A stretch of 64,000 bases of DNA from Bigelowiella natans CCMP2755 (Eukaryota; Protista; Cercozoa): positions 1 to 64,000 of the forward strand of contig ADNK01001164.1 in NCBI GenBank assembly GCA_000320545.1, written 5' to 3'. The position numbers were made by a program, and so were the translations under genes. The notes under the pieces are model-generated. The model worked only from the letters and a program-made list of their open reading frames with translations. It was not told where the DNA came from and did no database searches. This document shows, in pieces, positions 26,461 to 39,741 of the stretch (positions are counted from its first letter, which is position 1; every line of letters begins with the position of its first letter).

Positions 26461-26497
<37 letters not shown>

Positions 26498-27307
26498 TGT
26501 GTGTCAATACATAAATATTATTGATGTAATATGTACACAAATATTTTCTGCAGTATGTTTATGTTGTAATTAGCTGGTGGCATTGTTTCCATGATCATCG
26601 TATTTACAATCGTAATTCTGATAATGATTGACAAATATAGTAGTCAAGAAGACAATTCTCTACAAATAGTATATCATTGCTTTACGAAATAGCACTTGTT
26701 TCTATTATTATTGAGTATTATGGTACAATCAACCAATCAATCAGTCAATTAACTACTACTTGCTACCCCATACTACTTGCCCTAATATCATATTATCTAA
26801 GGTGCGAAAATGGCGTGATTTGCCGTTGCAAGAAGGTCTTTGTGTGGGTAAAAGAGCCTCAGTGATTAGCTGCAGACCGGGAGATAAAGTGAAACTAAAA
26901 TGGGATACCTATGACGACGATAAGGAAGATAATCAAGTAATCATCATTGTCATAATATAGACCGTTACCTCTCGTTCGTTGCTGCAGGCAGCATAGGTGG
27001 TGGTGATGGTGATGATGATGATGATGATGATGATGATTTGGTACAATTAACAGCATGGCCCTCCTCCGCCAATCTCACCTTCTGGATTCTTCTTGTTCTT
27101 CAAGATTTTGACAAAGTAATGACAAACCTGCCGCTGCTACTGCTGAAGTGATAGTGTAAATTACAAAGGAGTATGAGGAGGGGCTACATTGAATTATTAT
27201 TGGTATAATGCCGATTGCGTCGTAGTATATCATACCCTTCTTCTTCTTCTTCTTCTTCTTCTTCTTCTTCTTCTACTTGTAGTTGTTGTTGTTGTAAAAT
27301 CTTTGAC

Positions 27308-27340
<33 letters not shown>

Positions 27341-28317
27341 GATCGATGAACCCTGCAGCAAAGATATTGACGTGGGATCTGAAGTTAGAGCCTTACAGGA
27401 TTCCAATAGGGTGGGTGGATTGTGTGTGTTTTATCACATTATCATGTGTATAGCATACACATACATCATAATAATGAACCCATGATACTGATGAATACTC
27501 TGTGCTGCTGCTTACTGCTGCTGCTGTACCGGTGCTACCTACCATCGTTCTTACCCACCTCTACTTCTTTGACCTCTTACTACTACTACTGCTACTACAA
27601 TAACTCTAATGATGATTTGGTATTATATGAGCTGCTATTTGACGGTTGCTGTTTTGATTTCAATAAGAGAGAAAGTGGTATGGAACCATTGTTGATTGTT
27701 GAATAAATAATAAAAAGGGCCGTTTTATGAGAGGAGACTACGGACATGTGGTCAAGATAGATACACGTAGTTCTGCAACTAAATCTACAAGGGCGCTTGT
27801 GTACTTTCCAAAAACAAATAAAGTCAGTAATTTAAGGAGTAGTAGCAGTGTATTAAGTATGAATTATACTTTAAATTATTTGAAACTTCTCTCAGCATCA
27901 ACTTTGTTGTTGCCAATTATAACTTACTTACTACCATCTAACCTAGACCCAGAAACTGTGTATTATTGTTATAATGTGACTACTATCTTCAATAACTACT
28001 GACTGATACTATTAATATCATCTTCAATAACTACTGACTGATACATATTACTATCGTCAATAATAACTACTGACACTGATACGTTTATCAAGACGGCGAC
28101 TGTATCCCCAGTACACAAGTATTTAAGGGTAATAATTGTTAAGAAAGGAGGACCTGTTTCTTAATGTAGAATACTAATCAATGATATATGAATGAATTCT
28201 GTTTCTTCATTGGATTTGATGCTTGTGTAAGTTTTGTGTTTGGCCAAAAATATCATCATCATCATCATCATCATATTGCTACTGCTACTACAACAAAACT
28301 AGATCTCAATATCATCG

Positions 28318-28351
<34 letters not shown>

Positions 28352-28836
28352 CATGATATTTATTGCTGCTACAAGATCGTATCTTCTGGATTTGTAGAGT
28401 TTACTCAAAAAATGATAAGAACAATCAAGAGTGCGCTCAATGTAAGTTAAATCATATGTAGATTTATCCATTTTATCTTTCCGTATCTTCCTGATAATGT
28501 TGGTGATGATGTTTCATGGAATAAATATCTTTCTAAAATATGTAAATTTTGACTAACATCAGGAAACAATATTGGAGTTCAACATACATTCTTCAAATAA
28601 TACTAACAATAACAATAATAATAGAAATAGTGTAGTAAGTAGTAGTAGTAGGGCCAAAGATTGTGAACATCAGCAATTGACTAGTAGTTATCCTCTTCCA
28701 CCTCCCCGCCCAATAGCTGCAACTTTGTTACCAGTACCAGAATTTAGACAAACTACACCATCATATCACCACAAAGGCGAAGAAGAAGAAGTTGAAGAAG
28801 AAGTAGTTTTTCAAATATAATATGCACATACACATA

Positions 28837-28870
<34 letters not shown>

Positions 28871-30127
28871 GACACATGTATTATCTAAATCTCGTTTGCA
28901 TTAACCAAATGATCTTGTAATTTGGAGATAGTTATGACGACTAAAGCTATAGCGTTGGTGATGATGTTGATTCTTCTTCTCCTTCTCCTTCTCCTTCTTC
29001 TTCTTCTTCCTCCTCCTCCTCCTCCTCCTTCACCTTTTCAGCCTAAGATTCCCAAAATTGATGAGCGTTCTGACCGATTAAAGCTGATATCCAACATAGA
29101 TCAAGATATTGAATATCCGTAAAAACTGATAAATCACGATTTGAGTACATCATTCATCTGTTCAAAAGATTTCTTCAGTCCTTGAAGTGCATGTATATAT
29201 ATGATGTGTGAAGTGTGGCAAAACCCATTTTCATGTATCTTCTTCTTCCATATTTTGTGATGATATCTCAATCAGTGTAAGAAGGCAGCAAATAGATAAA
29301 GTCTTGGAACGGATGAATCGTACTGTATGTTTACTCCTACTACTACTACATCAATATGGAAGAAATCAATGCGTATATAATATCCATCATCGGAATAAAA
29401 GCTGCTTAGACATGACAGTGAATGAGTTTTATCATACATTCCTGCTTGTTGCTTTGGCGATTATTCATCATCCATTATTATTATTAGGATGCACTTATTT
29501 CCTAATATCTTTCACTAAATCTCGATTTGTTGGATAGGGTGAAATGAACGATGCGGTGTTGGAAACTATTAGAAATCAACCTGAAAGTTGGGGAGATTTT
29601 GTATCTTTGGAGGTCCTTGATGTTTTCGGGTAGTAGGCTGCTGACTCACAGTAGGTTATCTATTCGTCATGGTAATTGTTCTTTTGTATGCTTGGTACAC
29701 AGTCATCGTGCACGGCTCAAGGGGGGGGTCAATAACTGGGATAAGCAAAAATACGCTGTTCTTCGTGAGATTGACCATTCTGATCATGGAAAGAAACAAA
29801 CAATAAATAGTAGTAGAAAAACAGATGATGTCATCTTTCCATCTCTTCGTAAGTTGGAATGGTCTAGATTACCATACTCAAAGTACTGGGGATTGAAAAT
29901 GGTAGCAGCAGTAGAAGAGTAATAGTAGTAGTAGTGGTAGTAGTAGTAGTAGTAGAAGAAGAAGCTGTAACATAGTAGTAGTAACCACATCATGGTGATG
30001 GGAAGAACAACTAACATATATGTGTGAATAAATTACGAGTATCTATCCTCTTCTTTCTCACCATCATGCTTTCTTATCTAATTTGGCCCGATAAACTACT
30101 TATTACAGCTCACATCAATCACTACTC

Positions 30128-30208
<81 letters not shown>

Positions 30209-31065
30209 TTATATCTGTGTGTTCATATACACATGTGTGTATATTTATGAGGTTACTATCTCTCTTCTTCCCACTCGCACACCACTCACTCCTCCACAGA
30301 TGGATGACGTGATTCCAAAGCTACTCCGAAGGATCAAAGAGGAGGAGGATCACCATTTCACGGAAAAGACAACAAATCTTACTTTAGCAGATATAAAAAG
30401 TATTCCAACTTCTGACAAAACTTAAATAGCATTTTTCCTTCCTACAAGAACACTGTTCCTAAAATACAATCGTGATTCTTCAGATATCGTTCGATTCTTC
30501 GATAAGGCAGGTAGTAGAACGATGATCGATTGATGATATGGAGGGTTGGTTGACTGCTACCTGACCAAATATTTCATAGAAATTGATGTATTATAATTCC
30601 TTTCATCACTAGACGATCTTTCAATCATTGCACGATGGGATATTACCAAGAAATAAACATAGTATCCTTGATATTCTCGAACAACGCCGACCTACCGAAT
30701 AAAAACAAATAATTTGTGTTTCTTCTTTCTCTGGTGATTAGTCCTTATACCATCTTTTGTATTTATTTTGATTGCTCTCTTCTTTCTGTTGTACATTCTT
30801 TAAAACAACCTGTTGCTATTGCTATTTTTGGTGATAAATAACTATTAGGTCCTCTGATCGGAAGAGGTATAGGGACAATACAGGACCTAAGGTAGCACGA
30901 CTAATAGTAATAACACAACTGTTACTACTACTACTTGACTGCAACTTGAAGTAAAAGTAGTAGTAGAACACCAGAGACACAATTCTGACGTGGTAGACGA
31001 CGAGATGTCCTCAGATCATTGTTATCACTGAAGAACATATAATATTTCGTTGCATAAATAGTAGT

Positions 31066-31098
<33 letters not shown>

Positions 31099-32895
31099 GT
31101 GGTTGATAGGCTAGGAGACGTATATGAGTTTCTAATTGACTTGAAGAAATCTTACCAACGATCTTTCTTATGTCGGTGCGAAGATTGTAATCGGAAACAC
31201 TATCGAGAATTGAAACTTAAAAGGTGTAGCTACAGTCAATTGTTAAGTAGGAACAAACAAAATATTTCATTTTACTGACATTTTATGCAGTGAAGATAAA
31301 CTACTTTTTGAACGATAATGATATATATCTTAGGGAGAGATCATCACCTCGGGAATTATCGGCATCTAGCTTATTAGAATTGCACACGCACGAGTTATTT
31401 AATGAAAAGCAGCTTCCTCCTCGCAAAACAATCTCAAGTAGTAATAGCAGTGATAGCTTGAACAAAGAGGTCATGAAGGAAACAACACATAACAGTAATA
31501 GAGAGGAGTTGCCAATATGGATGCAGGATATTGGATCATCGGAGGTATCGAATGAACTCAGATGGCATACGGCGAATACACACACACACACACACACACA
31601 CACATACCCATGCGCGCGCCACTTATTCTAAGGATTAATATGAATGTAGTTCTTTATTGACAACGGCCACATCAACTATCATCAATGGGATAAATCATCA
31701 CCATATTCATCATATTATTCATCGAAAATCAGAAAATTTCATTGATCCTCACATACATTATCATCAAAACCTTGCAATACGTGTTCCATTTGGTTTTGAT
31801 ATATTTTCCCCATAATTCCAATAATATGCAGCATGAGGAATTAACCCTTGATCATAGTTTGAACCATCATCTGGACATCCTTGCCTCAAGTCAGTTGATT
31901 AAAATTCTAGTCCTTTAGATGTCTTTCATTCTTACTTTCTAAGCAAATATTTTCAGAATTTTTGTAGCAAATTTTTCTTTGATTCCTACGTTTGATTCTA
32001 AGCACGGTGCCGATTTCGATGTTTTCTTTTGTTTTCCTACCTCCAGGATTGAATAAGACTGAGAGAGAGGCCGAGAATCATAGAGTAATAACATTTAAAC
32101 ATTCTAACCCTTAATTCAAGTTGGTGGTTTTCCATTACAACCAAGCAACGGTTTTGATTTCTATTGTTTTATTGAAGATGATGAAATTGAGAGCAAGGCA
32201 AACATCTGACTTGGACAAACATAATAAGAAACCTCGAATTTGGAAAGTTACACCTTATTCAATAAGGTAGTTATTATTTAAAAGGCATCCCTTAAAAATT
32301 TTAAAATTTGAATTTTGTCCTTCGTTCGTGAACAGCAAAGCCAAGATGAAGAATGTTAGAGAGATGGGTAAAAATTACACAAGTTTTCATGTCTAGCATA
32401 AATTCTTATTTAAGACTCATGTATTTGTTTTGTGATGGATAAATTTGACATACATTCTATAAATCGGACATATTGTAAAATGCTTTTGTTTGGTTCTAAA
32501 GGTAACAAGGATATATTCATCCCAGATCCTTCTATTCTTACAAGTCATACATTAGCAAGGGGAGCAAGCAAAGAGAAGTTGCATAGAAATAGGACCAACT
32601 CAACCTCCAGCTACTCGACATTTGTTAATGCTCATCTGCGGCTAATCTTCTCTACAAAAGACCAGAGCAATATAGAGCCCGTTACTATGAACACATCAAT
32701 CCCGTGTCCGATACCCCAATCCTACCGGTATTTGTGCAGTCAAATCGAACACATATTTTTTCCAACATCACAAAAAGATTTCAAAACATTTTTATATTAT
32801 AGAGGAATTTAATATAGAGGAATTTGATACCATAATGATTAAGAGAAGTTTATTTGCTAAAATGGATATTCTGGTTTTCAAAATTATACTGCACA

Positions 32896-32931
<36 letters not shown>

Positions 32932-33329
32932 TCGCAATATATATTCTTGTATAAATGTTTGTGTGTGTGTGTGTGTGTGTGTGTCTGTGTGTGTATTGTA
33001 ATTTTACAATTATATTTATCTGATGATATCCTGCTGAATTTAAAACCCTTCTATGAATCTGTCTAAATCACTCGTTCATTTAGTGAGGCTATATTGATGT
33101 TGGAATCGAATCATAACCTTACGAAGTAATACCATTATATTGTAATTTCAATCGCAATAAAATTACATTTTATTATCTGCTTTTAAATGTCTTGAAAAAA
33201 TAGGTGAATATTATCCAATATTACTTTTACACATATATATTATTTAAACACATTCACACATACATACATACAGCTATACATATATACACGTTTACATACA
33301 CTGACAAATATATACATATGTATGTGTTT

Positions 33330-33366
<37 letters not shown>

Positions 33367-33816
33367 AATTTTGCAAAATTCCTAGACTTCATTGATGATT
33401 TAACATACTTTTTGGACTAAAAAATCTAAAATCTTATTTTAGGCTTAAAAATGATCTCTTTTCATTGAGAAGAGCACGTGTAAATTCTGTTTGGGACAAA
33501 GATCTTTTCAATTCTGCTTCAATGAGGGATCTAGAGGTAAGTCAAAAAGAAGAATTAAGCATTTCTTATTCTTTGTTGACTAGTATCTCATGGCACGAAG
33601 AACCTTCATAATGTGTATATTTAAAACAGCGCACCCAAAATTATTCATAATTTTCACACATGTTAACTTGCAGTTAGAACTCGGATATCGAATGTATCTA
33701 GAACGCAAGAAGTCGGAATCAAGAGGATTATTCTCATCCCACATGTGGTTAGAATAATTTTAGAAATAAATAAATATATACTCTATATATATTATTAAAT
33801 TTACTGTGAACAATCT

Positions 33817-33858
<42 letters not shown>

Positions 33859-35188
33859 AATACAAAATACGTGCATAATATCTGTTAAGGTATATGCAGC
33901 ATCGTTACCAGCAAGAACATGCAAAAAAGGTGCTGGGAGTTCTCGCAAGAATGATTAAAGAAAGGCATAAACATCATCCATCTATTGCATCATCTCGACA
34001 TCCTGTTTTTGAAAGATTGCTCTCTTCAAATGGATCTGGGTTCTAACTTTATTTTTTTATTAATATACAACAATTAGACTAGGAGAGAACTTATAATATT
34101 TGTTGCAATCTAAAGTTTCACCAAAATTAAAAACATACGTCCACACAAACATACACACATTTTGTTGGATACTCTATACTTAATACCGCCTCTTCGTAAT
34201 ATCATGTTATCTGATACTTAGCTGGGGCAATGACGCTATTTTAAATTATTTGGTAATCTATTATTAAGTGAAAATTGACTGGGTTAATCATATAGATGAG
34301 AATAAAAGGATGTATATAATAAACGATGATCGGTATAGAATGTTAAGCCACTCTACAATTACAAATATCTTTTTTTCCTTTCCCACTCTATATCTGGTTA
34401 ATCTCGTCTAGGTATGTTTTATTTGAAATTTGGATCTGCTATTCATATTTTACCATAATAGGATCAAAATTTTAATATGTTGAAAACCTTGAAGGGTGAA
34501 AGATTTATATGCGTAGCCCAAAAAATTGCGGTAAGAACCTTGTAATTGACTTCCAAATGAATTTTGGGCACATACTCCACAATTTTCATATCGTTGGGTT
34601 TATATCAACTTTCAATTTATTTATTTGACAATATTCTGTTAGAAATGGATGGGAATAGAAATGGATTTCAAACTGAAGGATGAGGATGATTTATGGGCCA
34701 ATCTTGTATGTTCTCAATACCGATATCGTAAAATTCATTGAATAATATCTGGAGATGATAGAATGAAGAATTTCAATTACACTCGTTTTTTTAAAAAAAA
34801 AATTTGCATGGCAGATAAGAAAACGAGATCTTGCGGCGCTCAAGGCTGGAGAAGTGAGGAAATTTCTATGGAATAACTGTTTTTTTAAACTTCGATAGGA
34901 CGGAATATATTTTTCATATGCTGCTATTTAATCAATGCAGCAATTACTACTACTATGGATCAAAAGAACAATATAAAAGATGTCATAATTTTCTTCGTAA
35001 TTTTCAAATAAAAGGCATATCCTTGGCGGAGTTTTGTTGGAGTTCTCCATGATTATAACATTCCAGTCGACAATCCAAAAACTGAAGTCCCTTCGATATA
35101 CATAAATGCATCAAGAAATGAATTAAAGGCATTTATCTCTTCCATGAAAAGAGATAGATATGACCAGATTGATAATTGGGATGATTAA
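21300..35188 (+). CDS. Large multi-exon gene (roughly 40 exons) of unknown function with an N-terminal signal-like segment; could be more than one gene
   Basis: A chain of mostly phase-compatible GT-AG exons can be followed from MREGGRRGWLGIGISICILIM through QKMIDDMRKKEFEALEGAM, VRKWRDLPLQEGLCVGKRASV, LGDVYEFLIDLKKSYQRSFLCRCEDC to AYPWRSFVGVLHDY..DNWDD* (TAA 35186-35188). No family recognised; several junctions unresolved. Confidence 0.65.
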
Positions 35189-35257
35189 ATGACCGATATT
35201 GCATTTGTAAATCTGAATGACATCGTTATAGAAACTAATAGGTACAACGTACACAAG

Positions 35258-36424
35258 AGCTATAGCCGCACCTCTTCACAGCTACATTAGGATGAGTATG
35301 TTGAAAAGTATGATTATTTAATTACATCCGTTTCATATGTGTTGAGTGTGTGCATGATTATGTCCACAGATTAACTCAACCATGCTAGAATGTGTGCGTT
35401 GTGATTCAATGAGCCGCGTCTCGCAAATTGCCATTACTGCAACAGGGAATTACGCGCTAAGGGCTGTGATGCAGCGCTCATTTGACCGGCACAAATGTGT
35501 GATGACAACAATTAACAACAATAATTGACATGCATCGCTTCATGATCGGCACACATTTGTGATGACAATGACAACAAGTTATATTGCATATACATCATTG
35601 CTTTGCATGCACACGCGCATGCACGCGCCCTGCTGCCGCCAACGCTTGCGTATCGATGATGGTGCGCGCCTCGGCGGCTGCATGTGCGTGTGATGGATGG
35701 AAAGTTGTGGAATCATGGCGGAGCAGTTTATTCAGCTTATTTGTCGTTACATGAGGATCATCAAATCTGCCACTTTCTAGCTTTGTCCAATTTGAAGAAG
35801 AACAATGATGGTCCAATGATTTGACAAGAGCTGCAGAGCTGAAACATTTCAGTTTTTTTCCATCCTCCGTTCGTATCACAAGCATCAAATTGAAATTGCC
35901 AAGTTTTGTCATCACATGCCACATGAACATGCGCATCATCTGTTATGCGTATGGGGTGGGCGCGCACAATCTTGGAAAATTCATGTCATTGTCATGCTGT
36001 TGTCCCTGAGGACAAGACCCATTGTCCACATGAAAAAGCAGATCGATACCACATGCATGTGATCGACACCTGAGTGGCGGTGTCTTGAAAGACATGGATC
36101 ATCTCCTAATGCAATGCGAGGCATGCGCGCAAACACGGACAGCTCTGATTGCGCAACCCAATGCTGAACGTGATGTCGTGAATCGAAATGATGAGACGAA
36201 ACATTTGACTGAAACTGGAAAAGCAGCTAGAGGCATGGACCGCTGCGCGCACCGCACGTCATCGAAGACAGGATGCAGATACCCTCAAATGCATGAAACA
36301 CACAACAATGGACGAAACAAACAGATGTAATCTAAGCTCTGCAGCCGCTGCTATGCATAGCTACATTAGGATGACCATTGAAAAGATTTAATCCATTCAT
36401 TACATTCGTCTCATACATGCGTGA
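35258..36424. repeat. TpA-poor intergenic block bounded by diverged ~88 bp direct repeats
   Basis: AGCTACATTAGGATGA..TTGAAAAG..ATTACAT at about 35258-35346 and 36335-36424; internal diverged tandem pair at about 35483-35511 and 35543-35571. Confidence 0.7.
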
Positions 36425-36493
36425 CTAAGCGAAAGCAGTTTTACAAATCTTCACATGTGTGCTTACAGTATGCAAGCTAGATGGAGCATCATC

Positions 36494-36600
36494 TTATGGG
36501 TGGTAAGTCTGGTTTGTAAGGATGTGAACTGATAGAACAATCACTATTATGGGTGGTAAGTGTGGTTTGTAAGGATGTGAACTGATAGAACAATCACTAT
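36494..36600 (+). repeat. 53 bp tandem duplication
   Basis: TTATGGGTGGTAAGT(C/G)TGGTTTGTAAGGATGTGAACTGATAGAACAATCACTA x2 with one mismatch. Confidence 0.95.
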
Positions 36601-36706
36601 AGAATTGGAACGAAACTTATAGAATCAATCAATGAAATCAGTTAAGAAACACATTTTAACAACTTTTTTGATTAGAGTGCCGTCGCCTAAAGAGGGGCTT
36701 TTAATT

Positions 36707-39693
36707 TTAAATCCAAAACGAGCCGTCATGATCTTCCTCAAAGCTTTCTCCTTGATCGTCAAAGACTGCTACATTTGATGATTGATAAGTACCTGCCTTT
36801 TGAGCGGATACAAAATCATGATGACGATGATGATTATTGTTATTTTTTTCACTCTCCTTGTTGTTATAATTCCAAGAGACAGATATTGTGTCACTAAAGC
36901 TAATATCAGGTTTCTCATTCATCCAAAAATCTTTTGGGCTGTGTAATCCAAGCTGCCTCAATGATATCTCTGCTGCTTCGACTCTCAATGTATCAAGAAA
37001 CGTTTCATTATTATTATTATTATCTGCTGTTGTAGTAGTAGTATTCGCCATGGTTTTACTTTCAACATTAGTGTCTGGAGGCTGGGAAATGATAAGTATA
37101 CGCGCTTTCGTTCCAGCACACACAAACCCCTCACTTGGTCTTGCTACAACTACCCGTGTTCTATCGTTCTCGTCGTTGGAATGTGCTGCTATAATGCGAA
37201 ATGCTACATCTCGTGATCCAACGTTTTTTAAAGAGACAATGTGTTTCTCTGCCCCAACAGCATTTAAACTACAATTGATCACTGAGGGATTTAACCGTAT
37301 TGACACATGTCTGTTTCCCCCGATTATGTTTTTGGAATTCAGCATGGTGCTGCTGAAACTGTTACCAACAACTGGAAGAGGAGTTCTTCTTTCAGTTGGA
37401 ATTATCATTGGAAGATCTGCTGGTGCTGCAGTTGAGATGACGCTACTACTCGTGATACTACTACTGCTGCTGCGACTGCTAATGCTACGACTACTAACAC
37501 CACTGCCTCTGTGTTTATCTTTAGAGTAGAGCTGCTGCTGCTGCTTATGCTGCTGGAATGGTGATATGGAAGAATGATTTATTGCAATAATGTTGCCATC
37601 ATTGCCACTACTACTACTACTATTACGAATGCTATTTTCCTTGGCTGCTGCTACCATCATTTTTTCATCATAATTGTCGCTGCTTGTTGTTGTAGTTGTT
37701 GTTGTTGTTGTTGTTGTTGTCATCACTTGGAAAGGTGGTTGTATCTTTTTCGAGTGAGTAGTAGTATTAGTAGTAGAAGTTGATTGATCTTCGTTATCAT
37801 CCCACTCACAAGGTATTACAACGTTACGAGCACCACGTTTGTTAATAGGATCTTTCCAAAAAGTCACAGGATCCTTCTTCTCATAATCCACAAATTTCTC
37901 CCCGAGCTTGTACCACAGTAAGAGCAATTTATGCTGAATTGGTTTCTCTATTGGACCTAATTTCTTTGCAGTAATTCTTACACTAATCTTCTTTCCAGCG
38001 TCTAGAAATCCACAGTGTGGCATCACGATGAAGTCATTGGGAGCATTTGTCCGTATCTTATATGCAGATGCTGTAGTATCACTATTAGTTACTGTAAGCT
38101 TTTTTGGATGTTTGATAGGCGGTGTTACCTTTGAAAAAAGCAAACGATTTGGATGGATAGAAATCTCTCCGGTGCTGCTTACCCCCCCTCCTCTCTTACT
38201 GCCACCAACGATACCCCCCCCTTTCTTCTTCTTTGTCTTCTTCCTGTGATAAGATGGTAACTGCAGACGAGTGACGACTGCCTTCTTATTCTTATTACAT
38301 TCATCTGCTACATTCAATTCTGCTGCTACTGCTTCTTGATCTTGTTCTTCTTCAGCTTTAGTAGTAGTAGTAGTAGTAGGAGGAGATGTCAACGAAGGAG
38401 ATGTAGAATTATTATTATTATTTGTAGTAGTAGTAGCACCGGGAAAAGCAGCTGCGCTGGTACCAGAAACATTTGTCGGCGAAGATTGGGGAGAATTAAC
38501 TACTGATTTGAAGTCAGAATATGATGATGATGATGATACGTTTAATTGATCTACACTGCTGCTGCCAGTGGTGTTTGTAACATTACTACTTTCGTCGTCT
38601 CCCCCCTCCCCCCATGAACATTCTAAGCATGTGTCTAATATCGGTCTTCGTTCAACTTTAACACGATTCCAGAATATAAGATGTGTTGGACTTCCTCCCC
38701 TTCTTCTTTGAGCTAATTCTCTATGTGTCAACGACGCAGTTTGTATTAGCAATTTAGCACCAGGAGGAAAATGTCCTGATGAGGCCTTTGTGAGCAGTCT
38801 AATTTCAATTTTCTCACCGCCTTTTACGAAGCCGTATCTAGGTCTGATAAAATGGTTTTTAGGCACATTTGTACGCACCCTATACCCAATCACATGTGTT
38901 GTGGGATTTTCAATAATAAGTTTCTTCAGAACATTAGTTTGAAGTAGCTGGTATTTGTCGTATGTGATACTTTGCGGTGATATTAAGAGCCTCTTGAGAA
39001 TGCTCATAGATCTCGAAGAAAATGATAAACTTCCTACAACATCATCACCCTCTTCTCCTAATCTAGCTGTTGTTGCTTCTTCTTCTTCTTCTTCTTCTTC
39101 TTCTTCGTCAACAGTACAATTAGCACCTCCTATGATTGCCCCTCCTCCTTCCTCTAACCCAATAATACCCTGAGCATGCAGAACCTCACTACAACTACTA
39201 TTGCCGTCATCTCCTCCTCTCAACAAAGAAGAAGAAGAAGAAGAAGAAGGAGGAGGCTGAATATAAATCTTAAACTGTTGTTTGCCATCATTATTACTAC
39301 TGTCAGGGTCACCATCATTAGCACCCGGATTAACACTACTAATAGCTGTTGTTGTTGTTGCCAAAGCAGCACCAGAAGAACCGTTTGTCGTCGTTGTCGT
39401 TGTCGTCGTGGTTTGATGAGATGATGAATCATGAGAGCCAGCAGCAGTAAGAATAGTAGTAGTAGGAGTAGTAGGAGTAGTGTTGTTATCAACAGAAAGA
39501 CCAGTAGCTGCTGCTGTGGGTGTTGTTGTAGTAGTTGTAGCAGAAGTAGTAATGACTGGAATAATTGTCACTTCCTGCACAGTCATGATAGTATTATCCC
39601 CTTGGCTGGTACGGCTAACTTCATTTTGAGATAACTCGTCGGCGGCATTGTTATCCATCGTCATTCTAATGGGTACCTATTGCACACGTTATA

Positions 39694-39741
<48 letters not shown>

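Noticed and set aside
30400-30483. In-frame TAA at 30423 suggesting stop read-through, an alternative code or a 30 nt intron
   Set aside because: A normal 84 nt GT-AG intron (30400-30483) removes it, and other genes end at TAA or TGA normally.
33961-34040. Second possible GC-AG intron
   Set aside because: The frame is open straight through, so no intron is needed.
35258-36424. Flanking direct repeats as LTRs
   Set aside because: Short and diverged, with no clear TG..CA ends, primer-binding site, TSD or gag/pol remnant.
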